Below, one piece after another: positions 33,508 to 45,352 of a stretch of DNA of 64,000 nucleotides (its first letter is position 1; every line of letters begins with the position of its first letter). The position numbers and the translations under genes are program-made. A model generated the notes under the pieces. The model made no database searches. It saw only the letters and a program-made list of their open reading frames with translations, and had not been told where the DNA came from. Location of the stretch: positions 1,720,672 to 1,784,671 of the forward strand of contig NW_003314268.1 of NCBI RefSeq assembly GCF_000143415.4, in the 5' to 3' direction. The DNA comes from Selaginella moellendorffii. Taxonomy: Eukaryota; Plantae; Lycopodiophyta.

Positions 33508-36500
33508 ATGATTCTCCATGGCTGGGCATCCGCGACGGCAGCGCTATCTCCTCCGATCACTCCTCCAAGAAGAAGAATCGATCGTCCGCCGCATTGCCTG
33601 CTGCCGAAATCCAAGCTCCGAAGCTGGCTATGGCCCCATCGGAGAAGAAAATGGAGCATCCTCGCCGGCAACAGCAGTGGCAGTGAATTCTGGCAATGGC
33701 GCCCCGGATCGTCTCAAGCGGCAGGGGGCAGCAGCGCCAGATTGCTGCGCCTGATTGCGAGGTCAGTAGCAGTGGTGATCGTCACGATATTGTCTGGGGT
33801 TGTGGCGCTGCGAATTCGAGGTCTAGCGCAGGATTACATCGAGACAAAGCTCTTGCCACCGATCGCGATGCTGCTTGGGGAGCGGCTTTCCAGGCAAGTG
33901 GAGCTGGGAAAAGTGGCTGGGCTTTCGCCGCTGGGAATCAGCCTTAGAGATTGCTCCATCGGGCCTCACGACCAGGACTTTTCATGCGCGCAACTTCCGG
34001 TTCTAACCATCCGCATAAATCCGGTTCGTAGCTTCCAGCGCCGCCAGCTCGCGGCAGACTTGATCTTAAGTCACCCGCATTTGCTCGTAGCACAAAGGCA
34101 GGACTGGACGTGGCTGGGGCTTCCAGCGGTTCCTCCCGAAAACATCAAAAGGTTGCTACATGATGGTGGTAATGACGAGACTGTGGATTCGAGGACACGA
34201 ATCCGGCGGCTTGCCAGGGAATCGAGCGCGCTCAAGCAGGCTGACGAGAGGATCACGGCGGCCCGACGCTCGGCCAACCTTGGGTACAAGCCGGCAGCAT
34301 TTGGAAACGATAACTTGGAAGCAGCGAACATAGCAGTGGGAGAAGATGGCACTGCGGCTATGAGGGGGCCTTTGCACGGTGCAAAGTCGTGGGTGAAGGA
34401 ACACTTGCCAAGGCAAACTTCGTCAGCGTCGGACAAGGCTTACTTCCAGAAAAAGAATCTTCGAGCTAGCGCTGCCAAAGCTCGCACGTTTTTCCAGAAG
34501 ACAGGCGGAGCTCCGATTGGCAGCCACCGTATTCCACCCTCGATGTCGCAATCTTACAAGACTACAGAGTTTGAGCGAGTCCGGAACAGTATTGCTGTTG
34601 ACTTAACGAGGCAATCGTCCACAGCAGCAGCAGTCGACAATCTCCAGCAGGACGGAAAGTCGAGCAAAAGTCCCGTGACAATTGAGTCTGTTTACATCAG
34701 GGATGGAACCTTTTTACTACTTGCGTTTGGCGACAATGAACCAAGGTAGGAGAAACGGCACTTTTTTTCTTTTAATGCTGCTGATGCTTTCTCTTTTGAT
34801 CTTGACTTAGAGTCCTGGATCAGTTTAATGGACGTGTCGACTTTGCTAGTGACTACCAAGTTATAGACGCGCAAGTCTCTGGTGTTCCGAAAGTTTGGAG
34901 ACGACCCGCGTCAGAGCATGATGCAGGGTTGCTAAATGTGGTCGTCCATTCTGACATCAAACAGCAACAATGGGACGTCAAGATCAAAGCTCGAAATCTT
35001 TTTGTTCCAGTAAGTCCATTGCGTTTTCTTGTTTTTGTCCTGACGCGTGTGCTTCCCTCAGCTTGTAGAGAGGTTGCTTGAGCTGCCAATCGATTTGTAT
35101 AGTGGAACGGCACACGGAGAGGTAGTGCTCGATCATATGCCAGCTCATTGACCTGTTTGTTTTTGCAACGTAGGTTCACGTTAGAATGAACAATGAAGAC
35201 AATTTTCCTCAACTTGGTGGGAAGGTGGATATAAAGAATGTCAGCTTCAAAATCGTGGAAGCTCCAGCTGCATTCAAGGTAAGGTAAGGGTGGTGTTCTT
35301 GTCTCATGAGGAGTTTTCTTTCTTTTTCTTCGTCTTTTTGTCCTAAAATTATCTACCTTCAGGAAGTAAATGGAACAATATTTCTACAAGGGCAGCGAGC
35401 TTTCCTTCACAATACTAGTGGTCTATATGGTAAAATTCCCGTCAATGTTTCAGGAGACATGGACGTAAATCCTGAAAATGGAGAATTTCGTCTTAGCTGT
35501 CAGGTATTTTGGCACCACTAATAAGTTTCTATCTATTTTCACTTTTTTGCAGGTTCCTGGAGTGGAAGTGAACTCTCTTATGACCACACTCAAAGTCCGT
35601 CCGCCTCCATTTCCAGTAAGCTTGGAATAGATTTTTCTGTTGATATGTTATAACATGGATGTATCAAAGGTTGCTGGCGCCGTCAAGGCTGTGGTGTACT
35701 GTCGTGGACCCTTGGATGCGCCAATATTTGAAGGAAGTGCTGAAACGTTAAAGAACCGAACGGATTTGACATTCAATGCATCACCTTCTAAAGCTATCGA
35801 TTCAATCCGAAACAACCTTCACAAAGGTGCAGCAGCTGCTTACGATAACGTTGCTTTTACGATGGCTTCTGGAAGTTTTACTTTTGATACCGATGGTGCC
35901 GTGAGTATTTGCAAGCACTTGTTTTCTCAGCCTGCCTCTTCATCTTGACAGACGGCAAACATATATGGAATCAGAGCGACGCCAGTCGGTGGAGGAGAGA
36001 TTCGCGGTGCGGGCGACATGTGGATCTGTCCCGAGGTAACACTATTGCATTTTCATTTCAACTTTCACACTTGTAATAAATCAGGGCGAAATTGATCCAA
36101 CGGCCATAAGGATCGATTGTTCAGGATACGTGATGATCAATGATATTATTGGAAGCTACACAACTAATGAAATGAAACTGCCGCTTTTTGGCGCGATGCA
36201 CGGGGAAGCTAAAGTTCGTGGATCACTTCAAATGCCGTAAGTGTCACTCATACGGAAAGTATGACCTTTACGTTTTTTACAGGGTATTTGACATCAAATG
36301 GGTTATGCCGGATGCAAAGGGATCATTCACCGGATCACGAGGGGATATTTCTATATCGGACGAAGCCATTGTCTTAAATTCCTCTTCATTTACTTTTGAC
36401 GTGAATTCTAAGATGTCTACGGTACCGGTTGCAGTCAGAAAAAATAAGAGTATACCGACTCTAGAAGGTTTAGAGCTCGACGCACGATTTCGAGGATTTG

Positions 36501-39500
36501 ATATACTGGATTTCCTACCTTCTGCGCCTTCTATTTCACCTGACAGTACACAAATGAAGGCCACCTGTAAGCTTAAATTCCAGGGCCGTTTTGTTTCCGA
36601 CAAAGATACTAAGATGTCTGGGCTGGTTGGTGACGTTTCTCTTTCGGGATTGAAGTTGAATCAACTTCTAGTTGCTTCTCATTCGAGCGGATTGCTAGAC
36701 GTGTCAGGATCTGGCTTTAAGGTAAGCCAGTTCATACATCAGATTGTTCCCCTTGCGTTAACATTTTGTGCAGCTGATTACAAGTGGAAGAGGAAAGGAG
36801 CATCTTACTGTTCAATTATCAAAGAATGGTCATGAGCCATCGTCGTTTTCGTTGCAGAGAGGCAAACTTCAAGTTGATGCTTCTCATTCGCCGCATTCTT
36901 TGGCAAAGTTAGAGGTAAGATACTGACTCCTTGTGTACAACGTTTTAATCAAGTGCTTCATTTTCAGATCCGTAATCTTCCACTGGATGAGTTGGAGCTA
37001 TCGTCATTGAGGGGTATGATGCACAAGGTACGATGCAGTCAGTACGTTACTATGCTCATTACAATGCTGCTACAGGTTGATATACAACTTAACCTTGACA
37101 AGCGAAGGGGCCATGGTTGCTTGTCAGTCGGACGACCAAGGTTTAGTGGCATGCAAGGCGAGCTTCTTGATGTATCAGCCCGGTGGTCAGGCGACGTGGT
37201 AAGCATACTGGCTAATGCCCCTCTGTTCTTATCATGCATTCACCTTGAAGGTTACGTTGGAGAAATCTCTGCTTGAACAAGCGGACAGCACATACGAGCT
37301 TCGGGGTGAATACGTGCTGCCAGGCCCTCGTGAAAGGGCTGTCGTATCGGGCAACAAAAGACACCTGAGTGACGGAATGTGGCAGAAGTTGATGGCAGGA
37401 CATCTTGAAAATGCCATCAGCTCCTTAGGGAGGTGGAGGCTTCGTCTGGAAGTACCTAGAGCGGAGCTGTCGGATATGCTACCTGTTGCTCGTCTTCTGT
37501 CTAGGAGCAGCGACCCTGCAATTGTAACAAGATCTAAGGTATTTATATGTTTTTTACCATCTCCGTAGTGACGTTGCTTTGTGATGCTAGGAATTGTTTT
37601 TACAAGAGGTGGAAAAGGCTGCTTTTCTTGCACACAATTTGAAACAGCAAATGGAGGTACCTTGTTTGCTTTTCTTCGTTTGTTTGTTTTGTTTACGTAC
37701 TGTCGTGTTTGTGGTGGATCTTTTAGTTTTTAAAGAAAGAAAGCGCTACGTCTCCTCAAGATCGAAGCTCGGCGGATTCGTTGCCTTTGCCGGGTCTTGC
37801 AGAATTGAAGGGCCGTTGGCATGGTACATTTGAAGCAAGCGGCGGTGGAAACAGTGACATGACAGTAAGATCGTCAGTGCGAGTTTTTTACCATAGTCTA
37901 AAATGCTATTACGTACAGGCAAGTTTGGATCTTCACGGCGAGAACTGGGAATGGGGTGTATATAACATACAAAGTGCTGTGGCGACTGGAAGCTACTGTT
38001 ACACGGACGGTCTCCGGCTTGAGAAGGTCTTCTTACAGAAGGATACTGCAACACTCCATGCCGATGGGATGCTCGGGCCAAATTCGAACCTGCATTTTGC
38101 TCTCTTGAACTTCCCTGTGGAGCTTGTGCCGCCCCTGACGCAAGCCATCCAATCGTCCTCTGTCGAACCTCTCCAGTCTTCGGCACCGCATGCTCCATTG
38201 AACGGAGTCCTGCATATGGAAGGGGACCTCAGAGGAGATTGCAACAAGCCAGAATGTGATGTTCACGTAAGATTGCTCGATGGGGCTATTGGCGGTATCA
38301 ACTTAAGCAAGGCGGACTTGGCTGCATCGGTAACATCCGGGAATCAGTTTGTTTTCAACGCTCGACTTGAACCTGTCGTGCATGCGGGCCATGTCTACGT
38401 GAGAGGCAGTATACCGTTGGGGTCCAAGGCTTTAGATCCACAGTCGAAGTCGAGAAATGCTGCTGTGAAAAAGTGGATGGGCGCTAGTATCAACAACAGG
38501 GGCCATGGCAACAGTGAGGGGCAAACTGATTATAGTGCATCATCGGAGTGGGATTTCATCGATGCAGGAGCTTTATACGTTGACGTTGTTGTCAAGGACA
38601 GTGGGATGATGCTGCTGACAACAATTACACCAAGTATGAAATGGCTCCAAGGAAACGCGGACGTGAGGCTTCAGGTATTTTCGTTTTCTTTCTCGGTTTC
38701 GCCTTTTTACTCTGAGAGCAGGTTCGAGGGGCATCCGAGCAACCGAAGTTTGATGGAATGGCTGTCTTTCACAAAGCGACTGTCTCGTCCCCTATACTAC
38801 CAAAACCAGCACATAATATTGGCGGAACTGTCACCGTGAAGAATAATGAGCTGATTGTTGATGCTATCGAAGGCAAAGTTGGGAAGAGAGGAAGGCTTCT
38901 GATTAAAGGTAAACTACCTTTGAAAGCTGCTGTCGATAGCAGTGACTGCAGTTTGGAAGTGAAAGCCGATTCTCTGGAGGTCCGTGCAAAAAATATGTTG
39001 AGGTATGTAATGCTTTTAGGCGTCAGGAAGTTCACATGGCGTATCTGTGTGTAGTGGACAAGTAGATGGACAGCTGTCTGTCATGGGAAGCCTTTCAGAT
39101 CCCGAACTTACAGGTGTCGTCAAGCTCAGTCGGGGCGAACTGTATCTTTCTCAAGAAAAGAATTCGAAGGCGGCAACCTCGACTATCCCTCGTGCTTTGT
39201 CAGGTCTGTAGATCTGTTTTGTAACGTATAGCTGACATAATTTTCAGATCTCGAGTTGGTCAAAGAAGAAAGCCACGAACGTAAACTGCCAGTGGCCGTA
39301 CGCTTGAAAGGCTTGAAGCTGCAATTTGGACCTGAGTTGCGAATGGTTTACCCTTTGATATTGAATTTCGCGGTAAATGGAGAGCTGGAGTTTCATGGAT
39401 TTGCTGATGCCGAGCGTGTCAAGCCCAAGGGAGTGCTGACGTTTGAGAATGGTGATGTAAACCTTGTTGCTACTCAGGTAAGCTAAGCTGTTTCTTGCGC

Positions 39501-40241
39501 CGCTAATGATGTGTTTCAGGTGAGATTGAACAAGGATTATCCAAACCGTGCCAAGTTCGAACCGGAACAGGGTCTCGATCCTAACTTGGATTTAGCATTG
39601 GTCGGTTTGCATTTCCAGCTGAAAGTTCAAGGGCGTGCACAAAATTGGCAGGACAGCATTGTTTTGACTTATGCTCGCTCTGGAGAACAAGACACATTGA
39701 CTCGTATTGAAGTAAGCTTCTATTGTATATTATTTATCTCGCTGATGCGTGCGATCGTGCAGGCCGCTAAGCTGTTTGAAAATCAACTTGTGGATTCGCT
39801 GCTCGAAGGCAACGGTCAGTTTGCTTTCAAGAAACTTGCGGCTGCTACGGTCGAGACACTCATGCCGAAGATAGAAACCAAAGGAGAGTTTGGACAGGCT
39901 CGTTGGCGGCTTGTTTATGCACCACAGATTCCAAACCTCCTGTCCCTGGATCCCACAACAGACCCGTTCAAGTCGCTTGCAAACCTCTCCTTCGGTACGG
40001 AAGTTGAAGTGCGACTCGGCAAGCATCTACAGGTTGGTGTCGTTTTATAAACGTTTTCCTCGTTCCTGAAGACGTGTGTCATTCGTTCACTGCGCAGGCA
40101 TCAGTGGTGCGACAATTGAAGGAGTCGGAAATGGCGACGCAGTGGACACTGATCTATCATCTCAACAACAAGTTGCGCCTCGTCTTCTCGTCAATTCCTT
40201 CGGTTGACAACAGGCTACTGCTCGAGTATTCGGCGTCCTAA
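33508..40241 (+). CDS. TIC236: TIC236 (TamB-like chloroplast inter-membrane bridge protein), multi-exon
   Basis: Transit peptide plus TM, CSIGPHDQDFSCA, LLAFGDNEPR, GEYVLPGPRER, ISSLGRWRLRLEVP, GPELRMVYPLILNFAV, KKLAAATVETLMPKIE and terminal LLEYSAS. Confidence 0.92.
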
Positions 40242-40493
40242 AGTAAAAACAGGCACAGGGTTCGCCGTCGTCACAGCACAGGGACAAGGCTCCAAATCCT
40301 CAAATCCCCGAGTCCTAGCATAGCAGCGCACAAATACGCAGGTCGGAGGAGGTGCAACCGGAAGAAAAAGAAATAAAAACGCTGGAGAAGGTTAGTGGCA
40401 ATCAGCATCATCCAGCAGAAGCAGAGCCGAGGGGAATTGCGTGTTTGGATCGTAGCAGCCCAAGAATCAAGGTGGTCCGTACATTATGAACAT

Positions 40494-41963
40494 ATGAAAA
40501 AGGTGAAGGTGCCAGTTTTTCTTCATCGCCTCGTTCAACCTTTTAGCGCTTGCTCGGCTAGTAGGGCGCTACCACCGCCACCGCCACCACCAGCAGCAGC
40601 AAAGGGAGACATGGCGGCGTCGAGTCAATTGCCAGCGTCGACCGGCTTCGACAGGCCCGAGATGTACAAGTCCCCGCTGGCGGGGAGCGTGTCTTTCTAC
40701 CAGAGGCACTTGTTCGTGTGCTACAAGGATGCTCTCAGCTGGCCGTCGCAGGTGGAGAGTGCGGAATTGGGTGGCCTTCCGCACGCTCTCTTCGCTGCGT
40801 TCAAGGCTCGCAAGAACGATATGCCCAACAAGGTGCTGCTGGCTCTTTTTAAAACAGGATTTCTTTGTCTGATCTCCTCTCTCGCGTGTTCTTGCAGATC
40901 CGGTTGACTGTTTGTGAAGCATCTGATTCAACGGAGGGAGACATTTTTGTCTTTCCAGATCTCGTGCGCTACAGGTCTCGGGCTTTGTTTCTTTTCTTTT
41001 CTATCTGGATCCAAAGTTGCATGCACTTACTTTAGTATTTCGTTTTTGCAGAGGTTTGAGAGCCTCTGACGCGGAATCATTTGTAGAGGAAGTGGTGGTC
41101 AATGAGCAGATATGGAGCCATGGTGTCGAGGAGCCTCTCAGTGGCAGCCATGTCTTCATCTGCGCTCACGGAGCTCGCGACGCACGCTGCGGAAGCTGCG
41201 GCCCGGTTCTGGTCGACAAATTCCGGGACGAGATTGAAGCCAGGGGTTTGAGTGGTCGTGTCACAGTCAAGGCTTGCTCCCACATTGGTGGTCACAAATT
41301 CGCTGGCAATGTTATCATCTACGCCGCTAGCGGAGGAGGCGGTCCAGTCTCGGGGCACTGGTAAGTCCTCACTCACTTTTTCTTCGTTTCAAAGCTGACT
41401 CGTTCTCTTTGCAACGCAGGTATGGATATGTCACTCCCAACGATGTTTCGGTGCTCCTGGAGCAGCACATAGAGAGAGGCCAGATAGTTGACAAGCTGTG
41501 GAGGTGAGTGTTACTACGTTGTTGGTGTTGTTTGATCCTGGTTTTTACTCCTTTTGGCAGGGGTCAAATGGGCCTCACCGAGGATCAACAGCGCCAGTCT
41601 CAAGTTTCGAGGCAAACCGCGGACGAGACAGTGTACGCCTGTCCCTGTGGCGTGATAGGAGGCGTTTGCGGAGCCAAGCAACAGAAGCGTGCTGTCAACG
41701 CGAGAAGCGTCACTGTCGCGGCTAAAGCAAAAGGAGGAGGGGATGCTCAAGACAATGCGGAGGACGGACAAGCAACAAAGATGGCTCCCACAGAGGACGA
41801 GCCGCTGCAAAAGAAGAAGACGACGACCAAGAACAAGGCTCGGGGAAACGACAGCGGATGGAAGACGAAGATCACGCAAGACAAGCTGGCGGCTGCCGTG
41901 CTGGTGCTGGTTGCTGCCATCGCCACTGGAATGTGTTTCTACGCGTCCATCCCAGCGTTTTAG
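40494..41963 (+). CDS. Sucrase/ferredoxin-like (Apd1/Aim32-type thioredoxin-like [2Fe-2S]) protein with C-terminal TM, multi-exon
   Basis: FICAHGARDARCGSCGP...CSHIGGHKFAGNVIIY...GHWYGYVTP, LWRGQMGL. Start could be 40611. Confidence 0.88.
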
Positions 41964-42261
41964 CGTAGCACTTGAGTGTCTGTCACTCACGCTACTCTTT
42001 AACCATTACTCTTCTCAAAATTTCTTGGCAAAGATTTTCCTTTTCTATGTTCTTCGAATGAAAGAAAGATGGGAGTTTGTTATGGAAGTCCAAACGACAT
42101 GACAATCCGTAGACGTTTCGTACAAGCCAGCATGTTACATTTTTAATATATGAGAGGAAAACGCTACTAGGAAAGGCTAGCTATTTACACACTCAGGAAA
42201 TGGTACACAGCGCGCAATACGAGAGAGGAAAAAAAATAAAAAGGCGGCGGCTTCCAATGTA

Positions 42262-43659
42262 TCATCGCCACCACGAGCAGCACTTGGTAGACTTGGTTAT
42301 CGACTCGGTTGCGTTCCTTGCAGCGAGGCACGGGCCAGCAGCTTCATGGTCGGGAGGAAGATTGTAGAAACGATACGGTTGCGACGCGCAGCAAAACTCG
42401 GTTACATTTCCACAACCTCCTTTGCTGAAGGGGTGCGCATCCTTCGGAAGGTTGCTGCAAAAACCCAGTCTTTGTGAGCTGCGTTACGAGAAATTCCTGC
42501 TCACCGGAGGTATGGAATTCGTGTGCGACGTGTTTTCTCATACGTCGTTTGGTTTGTAAGCACCAGATAACTGCAAACAGAAGTTAGCGATCACTCTTTT
42601 TCCTATCTTTACCTGTGGAAAACGAGCAGGGTGGTAAGAAATATAGAACAACAGAGGAGGCCCACGAACGTCACCAGCAGCAGCAGATTCTGTGGCCTGT
42701 GGAGCGAAATAAGTGTGAATTGCAAACCAAGCGCACGACAAGAGGGCACTTACCATGCCGAGCTCTTTTGCAAGTGGAAGGCAAGAAAGTAGAGGACTGT
42801 CGACCAGATGCACAAAAAGGTCTCCAGAAAAACATACCACCTGCGTGCTCCACAGTCAGAATCTGGGACGCAATGAACACAAGGAGCCTGTGAAACGTAC
42901 CAGAATCTGCGATGATTGTACTGTCCGATGCAAGTGTCCAGCCAGACGCAGTGATGATCAAATCTCAGCACGCATTTGTTACAATCGTGGCAGTGTTTTG
43001 TTCTGGGAGGCTGCAATGGAAGAAAACAAAGCAAAATGAGATTTTTAGCAAGAATAGGTCAGAAGAACTTGGTTTCTTACCTGGACAACGCGACAGGTAC
43101 TGCAGTGAGAACTGAAAGTCGCAATCAATGAGGAAAGAATCTAAGCGAAGAGAAAACAAAAAGGAAAACTCACAATGGAGTGGAGCCGGCTACAGCTTTA
43201 ATTCCCGCTTCGAACTCTGGATCGTTTTCCAGATCCTCCACGTAGCTTCCAATCACTGAAATCGTGACAAGAATCTCGCGAGGATTTTTTGCTTACCCCG
43301 GTGACGAACCAGCAACCCGGTAGTACTGAATGACAGTAACAACGATCAAGACGAGATATAGCAACGCATACCTGAGAGTGAGAGTGTCAACGAATGAGCA
43401 GTGAAAGAGTGCACAAAAACAAAAAGGGATCTCGTTTTTGAGGCTTACCAAGTGTAGGAGAAGATCTGGTGTTGCAATTCCTCGTAGAGAAGGATGAGCA
43501 GCCCCACACCGACGGCGTGAGCAAGAAACCAGCAAATCTTACCCCCAAAACCTGGGAAATGGAGTGGAATTGGAGTAAATTGGAGTGGAGCGCGACTGAG
43601 AAGAGAGCTTACCTACCTGTGCTGCAGCTGCCACAAGCATCGCTGGTGAAGCACCGCAT
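42262..43659 (-). CDS. DHHC protein S-acyltransferase (PAT10-like), multi-exon
   Basis: [36 protein letters not shown] motif, SSPG and four TM segments. Start and stop were assembled by splicing. Confidence 0.9.
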
Positions 43660-43784
43660 CGGGGCAGAGAGGAAAAGGGGAGAGTTCTCTCACTCTCGCA
43701 TAAGCCCTAATTCGTTTTTGAGAATCTTTTTTGTATTAGACTTGAGTAAAGGGAAAGGATCGGTTAGTTTGTTTGTAGGTCAAA

Positions 43785-44447
43785 ATGAGATTGGTGCTGG
43801 GATTCGTGATCGCTGCGCTGGTAGTCGCGAGGATTGGAAGCGCGACGCCGAGGCATGGATTGGATGAGAGTGCTGTGGATCGCGAGAAGGACAGGAGCGA
43901 TCCGGAGCTGAATCGAGCGCTGGATGAGTTTATGGATCTGGTGGCGCAGCACAGGGTTGTCATCGTCGGGAAGAAGGATTGCACGTAAGTTTACATCACA
44001 AATGCAAGTTCTAGCAAGCTTAAAGGAATGAAAAGGCTCTGTTTCCTTGATCTGAGGAAGTGAGAACTTCCACTTAGGATGACGAATCGCGTGAAAGCGG
44101 CGATGTCGGAGCAAGGAGAGAAGCCGCATTTCATTGACATCGACCATACGAAATCAGGTAGCGCGTCTGTTCTCTTTTCTTTCTTTCGTTCATCTCTTTG
44201 CTTTTGCTTTCCAGACGAAGCATGGATGATACAAAAAGCTCTCCGGAGGTGGCTCGGCTACTGGATCACTCCACAGGTGTTTGTCAATGGAATGCACTAC
44301 GGAGGAGCGGAGTGTGAGTTCTTTCTCTAGTTCCAAGCTTGCATTCTGTTTTCTAAGTTTGCTGCTACTCTTTTCCCAGTGTTGCTTGACAACCATAAGA
44401 CCGGACTCTTGGCGGACCACTTGAAGGAAATGAAGACCGAGCTTTGA
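43785..44447 (+). CDS. Secretory-pathway glutaredoxin-like protein (GRXC3/C4-related), 4 exons
   Basis: Exons 43785-43984, 44078-44157, 44215-44313 and 44380-44447 give signal peptide, KKDCTMT, ITPQVFVNGMHYGGAE and C-terminal KTEL. Confidence 0.8.
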
Positions 44448-44554
44448 GCTACAGGGACTTTGTTTTGTGTGATCTATCCAAGAGCATATTTGCGATTTGG
44501 CTCTTTGTTTGCGTGAGTTCTTCTTGTGTTGGCAAGTGGTTTCCTCTTGCAGCT

Positions 44555-45066
44555 ATGGAGGTGTGCCGGGCCGAAGTTGGTCTCGACGTTTCAGCGTGGG
44601 AGGCGTGGCAAACGTTCAGGGATGCCAAATCACTGGCGGGCATCATTCCTGGTGTGATCCAGAGCGTGGAGTATCTGGTGGGAGGCGGCGAAGCTGGTAC
44701 CATCAGGCTTCTTGGCCTCAGTAAGTAGCAACTCTCAAGTTTGACGCTTAATGGCTTTCTGGATTTGCAGAGCAAGATGGAAGCTCCAAGGTGGTGTTTG
44801 CGAAAGAGAGACTGGAACTGGTCGATGATGCTTCCATGACGATTCGATACACTATGCTGGAAGACTGTGACTTTAGTCACTTGTACAGTCACTACGTTGG
44901 TACGCTGCGTTTCCATCCGATTCAAAGCGAGCCAAGCAAGAGTGTGGTCGTTTGGGAGATTGAGTGTGTGCCACTCGGCTCCGCTCCTCCTCCCCGCCCC
45001 GCAGCCTACGTAAGAATCTGGAAAGAGATTGAGCAACACTTGGTCGAGAAAAGACACGTCAAGTAA
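44555..45066 (+). CDS. Bet v1/PR-10 (START-like, polyketide cyclase) family protein, 2 exons
   Basis: IPGVIQSVEYLVGGGEAGTIR glycine loop, AKERLELVDDASMTIRYTMLE and VVVWEIE; intron 44721-44770. Confidence 0.85.
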
Positions 45067-45352
45067 AGGTCCATCACAAACTACAAAAGTGCATCTCCTT
45101 GTATTTTTTACAGTCCTTTCAATACAACACCATCAAGAATATGAAAAGATGAATGTACAATGTTCCGCTTCTCTTTGCTTTTTGTTTTTTTTTTTTTGTT
45201 TCGATTTTCTTTTTTCAACTTTTTTGCTTTTACCTGTGTATAAAGAATCAATCCGAATGGAAAAGAATAGTGTTGAGAGGAACCTGGCTCGAGCTGAAAT
45301 CGAAGCTTCAAGCATGCTTTTCTTGCTGGCCTTCGAAGACGAGCTGTGTTGC

